Assembly: GCA_964342815.1 (NCBI GenBank)
Contig: CAYFHS010000016.1
Span: 1 to 42,414, forward strand
Direction of reading: 5' to 3'
Origin: an uncultured archaeon
GTDB taxonomy: Archaea; Thermoplasmatota; Penumbrarchaeia; JASLWR01
Length of the DNA: 42,414 nt
Each line of letters opens with the position of its first letter. The first letter of the stretch is position 1. Positions 36,800 to 42,414 of this stretch are shown one piece after another. The notes beneath the pieces were generated by a model. The model was not told the DNA's origin. It worked only from the letters and a program-made list of their open reading frames with translations, and searched no databases. The position numbers and the translations under genes are program-made.

Positions 36800-39700
36800 T
36801 TACTGTTTCCGGGATAGTAGAGGGGGTTCAGATTGTATTGGTCCTTTTTGACTCAACTCGGAGGAAGACTTCGATTCTACTCCGTTAGATGGAGTTGTTG
36901 ATACCGGAGGGGGCGATGTATCCTGGGAAACAGGGGGTGATTGCGGTTGGGGGGGAGGAGCATAAATCCTTGGGACCTGAACTCTCGATATGGGTGCCGG
37001 CGGTAATTTCATCAAAACCGTGGACGGGTCCTCTTTTCTCGGTATGTTCGGCATGAATACTGAAGGTGCTGGTGCAGAAAGAGGTGACTCGCCGGGAGGT
37101 GGAGGTGGGATGTAATCGGACGCTTGTCCCCCACCAGGCGGAAGCTGTTTTGGAGAAAGCCCATCGGTGGGAACGTAGGATTGAGTTCCCAATTGAGGGG
37201 GAGCTACCATCCCGTATCCAAATTTTCCCGAATATTGAGGCAGGGCTTGCAAGGGCTCTCCTGGCGCTAAAGGTGGAGGCGGCCGTGCAGGTAAGACAAT
37301 CTCCGCATCCAGAAGTTCGAGTTCTTCTTTCCGATGTTTGTCAAGCTTCTTTCTTCGAATCAAAAAAATGATAAAACACAGGATTATCAAACTAAGCGCT
37401 GAAATAGCTATCCACAACCACATGACCTGTGCGCCTCCACTTGCCTTGGTTTGATCACCGGAACTGCCCGAAGCTGATAGAACCGTCACTTTCATTTCTA
37501 AATACTCAATACCACCAGGACTACTAATCGTAATGAGCAGCTCGTAATCCTTCATTTCTAAAATTCGAGTATTGGACAATAGAATTGTAACATTTACGAT
37601 ATCACCAGCTGCTAGAAAGACTTCGTTTTCCATGGATACATAAATGGATAGCGGTCCAATGGTCCTCAGAACGGCCAGGATTGGTACGTTGCCTCCATTC
37701 TCCAAGGCGATATTGAAAGATATGTTATTACCTTGTCTTAGAGCCACATGCGTACTTGCCGTGGAGACACTCAGATTATATCGAGCCTCAAAAGAGGTAT
37801 TTATTCTGAACGACCACAATCCGCTGATACACAAACCTTCCATGGGTCCGGCAATAGGTATGACCTTCCAGAAATACGTCTCATTGTTGGTCAGGTTTTC
37901 AAGATACAGCTGAGGATATTGCGTAAATGCGATCTCGGTAAGATTATCCATGGTTATACCGAGATAAACTCGGTAATAAAGTGTATCCCCAGTGGGATTG
38001 CTGCATTTCCAAGAAAGATTGAACGAGGTAAGGTTGATTATTGACCCGTCAAGAGGAAAATCGAGTTCGCTTTCAGGAAATAATACAGTGGTATTTATCT
38101 CGAAACTATAGGTCCCGTTTATGCATGATCCTCTATCCTGACCGTCGTGAGGTATTACTTTCCAGTAATATAACGAGCCGTCATCAAGATTATCGATGCT
38201 TATATAAGGGTCCCGAATATCAGAGAGATACACAAGCGGTGGGAAGGTTTTTGATAGATAGAAATCATAGCTTAGGTTCCCAGGCTCGCTATCCACATCA
38301 TATACCTCCCATGCGAAATCAACATCTGTCGAGGTTAGAGTTACATTATTCCTCGGAGTTTTCAATACGGCCCCGGGTGGATCGTTCACGGATATTATCG
38401 AAACGCTTATCAAAGCCGTGGAATTCAGGGCCACAGCCTCCAACTCATACACAGTTGCTTGAATTATCCCTTCTCCATAATAATCCTTTGAGCCCATTAC
38501 CGATAACGTGCCGTTTTCTTCCAAATCCACAGAGATATTATCATTTGTGCAGGTCACCTCGAAACCCAAAGTGTCTTTTTCCACATCCATGACATACTGG
38601 AGCAGATAATCTTCCAGGACCAAAAACTCGTCCTCTCGCAGTATGATATCCGGGGGTTTGACCATCCAGAATGGAGGGTCGTCGACATTCACAACTACGA
38701 TATTGAACAGGTTGCTTGGGGTAGAGAGGCCGTAAAGGTTTGTACAGTTCACGATCATTGATACGGTTCCGGTCCAGTTTTCCGCAATTTGGACAACATT
38801 CATCAGCGATCCGTTGAAAGCAATTGTTAAATTATTTTTCTCCGAAATAAATTCCACATTGTAATCAGGAGGGATGATGGCAGTATAACTGTCGAAAAAA
38901 ACAGCTGATAGATCCAAGATACTTTCGGGATTAGTATCCTCGGCCACTGATATAAGCTCGGAGACATTTTCCAGCAGACGAGGCGATGACACATCCGTCC
39001 AGTTCAAATTACATCCAAAAATTACAGGAGAATCGGTATTGTTCTGACCGAGGATCATTTGTATATATATTCCCGGGTGTTCCAGGGCATTGATCGATGT
39101 AAGATCTGCTGAGACATACGTGGAGTTTGGATTAATTTTCACAAGTAGTTCATCGGTGACATTGTCATGAATACTTACGTTGAGAGTGGAATTCAGGGGA
39201 ATCCTGCACTCCATTTGGAAAGAATTCCATATTCTGGTGACAAGGCCTGATGAGGATATTCCCGGAAGTTTCAGTTCCACCGAGCGGAATGCTGCTTTGC
39301 TATTGAGACGTTGTGCGTGTAATAGGATCTCTTCTGGAGAAACTGCCTTATTCATAACATTCACATCATCCATAATACCATTGAAACCGTTCTTTCCCGA
39401 TTTGTTTGCTCCAATTATCAGGGGAGATGTGTCATTGTAGGTGAAACCGGAAAACTGGCCGGTTCCACTTTCACTGCCGTTTATGAATATTTTTGCAGTT
39501 TTACCAGCACGGATACAGGCAATATGTATCCATTTATCCGGTGGTGCGATATCGGTGCTTGTAATGTCGTAGGAATTGTTATCAAAGGTGTAATGAATTT
39601 TACCGGAACCATCGATGAACCCCTGCTCATTGGGTCCGGTTCCATCTGATTTCTCCTCCGAGAACAGGTATCTAATATCACCGGTTTGGCTGTATTTCAA

Positions 39701-42202
39701 CCAGAATTCGTAAGTGGCGTTAATAAGATGCATGTCCGAAGAATCCCTAACTCGTATATACTCTCCCGAGCCGTTTAATTCCAATGCATATCCAAATATC
39801 CCTGTACTGGTTATAGTGCCTCCACTCCTGGATCCTAATATACTGTTCGGGCTGTGATCCTTGACGATACGTCCGGTCCCTTTTTCGAAGCGGTAAGAGA
39901 GAACCGTGTTCGTAGTTATATGCGGTGCGTTGGTTGATATTTCCGCCCCACCGCTTCCCAGACTAAGACCCGCTCTCGCGGAGGTGAATATTTCATGGGA
40001 GTTTCGAGATATCCTCGAAATGCGTACCTCGTCGATGGTCCCCGAAAAAAAGTTTGCTGGCTCGTAGGGAAAATGAGAGGAGCCTACCTCAGCCCCAATA
40101 AAAAGCGGGACGGTTGAATGCCTTATGGGATAATCCACTTTCAGCCGATCCTCCTCGACACCGTTCACGTACAGCAGCATGTCCGGTCGGTTGAATACCA
40201 GAGCGATGTGACACCAGCTCCCCTCCGACAATACGGATTGAGAATCCAGCTCGTTATACTGGTCGTTCTCATTATTGATGGTTGCAAGATAGGCCCTGAC
40301 GTTCCGGTCTTCCGTAATTTGTATCGCATAGTCTCCGTTTGCTCTGGTCCCAAGTATAGAGCTGGGTTTTCCCTTGAATTTATCGGGTTTGAACCATGCC
40401 TCGATGGAAAATTCATTATCAGATTTAAGGGTCTCATCCTTTTCAATCCAGACATAATCGTCCTTACCGTCAAATCGAAGGCCGCCCTGGAACCTGCTGT
40501 GGACCCATTTAGGATCCCCCGGCTCGATATTATGGCCGCCGCCCAGCAGTCCCACGTTCCCATTGCTGGAAAGATCGGGGACGGTCTGCCCTTCCTTTTC
40601 ATCGAAATGCCACAATGCACCGGTACCATTGTCAGCCCCCAGCGCTCCGAGTATCTTACTATCTCCCACAAAACCGTCGTACCATTCACCTTCCTTTACC
40701 CACTGTACACCAAAGGAATAAAGAATTGGACTCAAGTCCACCGAACCCTTGAAGACCGCACTAAGGCGGATGCTGCTGACGCCCATTCCACTTAAACCTG
40801 AAATATCATTGCTGTAACCAGATATCTTTTCCAAACCATTTACTGGTAAGCTAGTTATAGCATCGATCACACTGATATTGATGTAAGTTCCCGGTTTCTC
40901 GTATTTATCTACAGATATCAGGTCCCATTTGAATCCATCAGGCAATGTGATGACCGGGGAGGTAAGGGTTCCCTGGGGAACATATCTTACCTGATCGTAT
41001 AACCACGTATCTTTCTTGTAGTTTGGATAACCGCCAAACATTACAGATTTGAGGTTCGTACTATCATAGGTTATCCCAAATGCTGAACGCGAAACGGGAC
41101 GGCTAGGATAAACGGTCCTGCTCCATTCGTTTGTGTCAGTATCAAACAACCACACGTTTCTATCGTAAGGATAACCGCCATATAATACTACCCTGTGGGC
41201 TTCGCAATCGTAGACCATTGTATGGGCATATCTCCTGGGGGGATTCCCAGAAAATCCACTGGGTACAAGTATGGTCCATTCGTCATTGGCCACGTCATAT
41301 GCCCATGAATCGTTCTGGTGCCCTCCACCTGCCCCACCAAACATTATCATCCGGTTGGAGACCGGATCATAAACCATGTCATGATGGTATCTGGGAGACG
41401 GAGCCGTGGTGGGTGCTCGTTTGGTCCATTCATCCTTTGCTGTGTCGTACACCCAGGTGTCATTGGATAGAATCCCACCTGGAAGTATTCGGCCACCAAA
41501 GAGCACTACCAACTCGCTTGATGGGTCGTAGGCCATAGCAGTGGCGTACATGCGCGGGGGACGGGGGCCCGGTTGCTGTCGTTCCCACTTGTTTGTCACC
41601 GGATCATAGGTCCAAGTGTCATCCCTATAATAGTAACCGCCGAATAATACTACCTTACCGTTCTTGCTATCGTACGCCATACCGGGATAACTGCGTCCCG
41701 AGGGTGTGGGGGACGGGAAAACTTTGGTCCATCGATTATTTGAAGTATCGTAAAGCCAGGTTTCCGAACTGTACCCATGCGCAGTCACACCTCCGAACAA
41801 AATAACTTTCTCGTTTGAGTTGTCGTAAACCATCTTGTGCCCGTAACGACCGTCTGGTGAATCGGGAGGGATAATCTCGGACCACCCCTCGACATCGATG
41901 TTTGAAAGGTTAGCATGCGCATCCGACCCGGTACCGTAAATGGAAATTCCGTTTGGAGTGCATTGGATAAAATCATCTACTGAACCTGCAAACCATCCCA
42001 TTTTCTCGGGACCCTCGGTGCGCTTTTTATAGATATTATCTTTACTTGTTCCGGTTTCATCTTCGATATACCTCGTCACCGATACCTCTACCGATGAATT
42101 TTGGTAATCCTCTACGTTATTCTCCAAATCCATCATCATTACGGTGCTAAGCCCGGAAATTAGTATCGTGAAAGTAATAATTAATGCTTTGAACTGTCTC
42201 AT
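36800..42202 (-). CDS. Large single-pass surface protein: six Kelch blades, two LamG/pentraxin-like domains, cadherin-like and Fn3-like domains, TM, Pro-rich tail (C-terminus possibly frameshifted)
   Basis: Six R...M.YD....V.LFGG blades. ALWHFDE...FSIEAWFKP...WCHIALV...FSGTIDEVRI and a second similar domain. VNVDDPP and SVNDPP motifs. TM followed by RRKK. Confidence 0.88.
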   Translation of the reverse strand: MRQFKALIITFTILISGLSTVMMMDLENNVEDYQNSSVEVSVTRYIEDETGTSKDNIYKKRTEGPEKMGWFAGSVDDFIQCTPNGISIYGTGSDAHANLSNIDVEGWSEIIPPDSPDGRYGHKMVYDNSNEKVILFGGVTAHGYSSETWLYDTSNNRWTKVFPSPTPSGRSYPGMAYDSKNGKVVLFGGYYYRDDTWTYDPVTNKWERQQPGPRPPRMYATAMAYDPSSELVVLFGGRILPGGILSNDTWVYDTAKDEWTKRAPTTAPSPRYHHDMVYDPVSNRMIMFGGAGGGHQNDSWAYDVANDEWTILVPSGFSGNPPRRYAHTMVYDCEAHRVVLYGGYPYDRNVWLFDTDTNEWSRTVYPSRPVSRSAFGITYDSTNLKSVMFGGYPNYKKDTWLYDQVRYVPQGTLTSPVITLPDGFKWDLISVDKYEKPGTYINISVIDAITSLPVNGLEKISGYSNDISGLSGMGVSSIRLSAVFKGSVDLSPILYSFGVQWVKEGEWYDGFVGDSKILGALGADNGTGALWHFDEKEGQTVPDLSSNGNVGLLGGGHNIEPGDPKWVHSRFQGGLRFDGKDDYVWIEKDETLKSDNEFSIEAWFKPDKFKGKPSSILGTRANGDYAIQITEDRNVRAYLATINNENDQYNELDSQSVLSEGSWCHIALVFNRPDMLLYVNGVEEDRLKVDYPIRHSTVPLFIGAEVGSSHFPYEPANFFSGTIDEVRISRISRNSHEIFTSARAGLSLGSGGAEISTNAPHITTNTVLSYRFEKGTGRIVKDHSPNSILGSRSGGTITSTGIFGYALELNGSGEYIRVRDSSDMHLINATYEFWLKYSQTGDIRYLFSEEKSDGTGPNEQGFIDGSGKIHYTFDNNSYDITSTDIAPPDKWIHIACIRAGKTAKIFINGSESGTGQFSGFTYNDTSPLIIGANKSGKNGFNGIMDDVNVMNKAVSPEEILLHAQRLNSKAAFRSVELKLPGISSSGLVTRIWNSFQMECRIPLNSTLNVSIHDNVTDELLVKINPNSTYVSADLTSINALEHPGIYIQMILGQNNTDSPVIFGCNLNWTDVSSPRLLENVSELISVAEDTNPESILDLSAVFFDSYTAIIPPDYNVEFISEKNNLTIAFNGSLMNVVQIAENWTGTVSMIVNCTNLYGLSTPSNLFNIVVVNVDDPPFWMVKPPDIILREDEFLVLEDYLLQYVMDVEKDTLGFEVTCTNDNISVDLEENGTLSVMGSKDYYGEGIIQATVYELEAVALNSTALISVSIISVNDPPGAVLKTPRNNVTLTSTDVDFAWEVYDVDSEPGNLSYDFYLSKTFPPLVYLSDIRDPYISIDNLDDGSLYYWKVIPHDGQDRGSCINGTYSFEINTTVLFPESELDFPLDGSIINLTSFNLSWKCSNPTGDTLYYRVYLGITMDNLTEIAFTQYPQLYLENLTNNETYFWKVIPIAGPMEGLCISGLWSFRINTSFEARYNLSVSTASTHVALRQGNNISFNIALENGGNVPILAVLRTIGPLSIYVSMENEVFLAAGDIVNVTILLSNTRILEMKDYELLITISSPGGIEYLEMKVTVLSASGSSGDQTKASGGAQVMWLWIAISALSLIILCFIIFLIRRKKLDKHRKEELELLDAEIVLPARPPPPLAPGEPLQALPQYSGKFGYGMVAPPQLGTQSYVPTDGLSPKQLPPGGGQASDYIPPPPPGESPLSAPAPSVFMPNIPRKEDPSTVLMKLPPAPISRVQVPRIYAPPPQPQSPPVSQDTSPPPVSTTPSNGVESKSSSELSQKGPIQSEPPLLSRKQ

Positions 42203-42414
42203 AGTTTCCGCCTGCAGATAAGATACGACAATATTATCGCTATCGCCAGTTAAATTGTGTGAAAACAGATTGTAATATCAGCAATGTTACTTAAGGATTT
42301 ATTTAAAAATAAAAAAATCTCCCACATAGGCCTATCTCATCTCGACTCAGGATTCAGTCGCCGACATCTCGTAAAGTAAAGGTGACCCATACTGGCTCAC
42401 CACACAGGACAAGT

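Overview
Archaeal chromosomal window, most likely from a Thermoplasmatota-type euryarchaeon. This is inferred from the rps19e-PDCD5-rpl39e-rpl31e cluster, the EF-1beta/Zn-ribbon pair, MptE, the AcnX pair, TATA-type promoters and the many Zn-ribbon-tailed surface proteins. Housekeeping islands alternate with four giant single-pass surface proteins (1279-1800 aa). Also present are a PolB2 operon (inactive RadA-like gene plus polB2, with what looks like a vestigial third gene), a three-gene operon (2067-aa DUF2339-like membrane protein, small membrane coiled-coil protein, Hanks Ser/Thr kinase), a Moco oxidoreductase fused to a cytochrome-b-like membrane domain, and a bacterial-type groES-groEL operon. 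The most striking unexplained signal is a 153-nt, almost fully paired element (8781-8933: a long hairpin plus a four-way junction) in the intergenic space upstream of the radA-like/polB2 operon. A promoter-like 16-mer next to it is repeated exactly upstream of another gene. I found no rRNA, tRNA, CRISPR array or transposase. All family assignments come from motif recognition by eye, not database searches.
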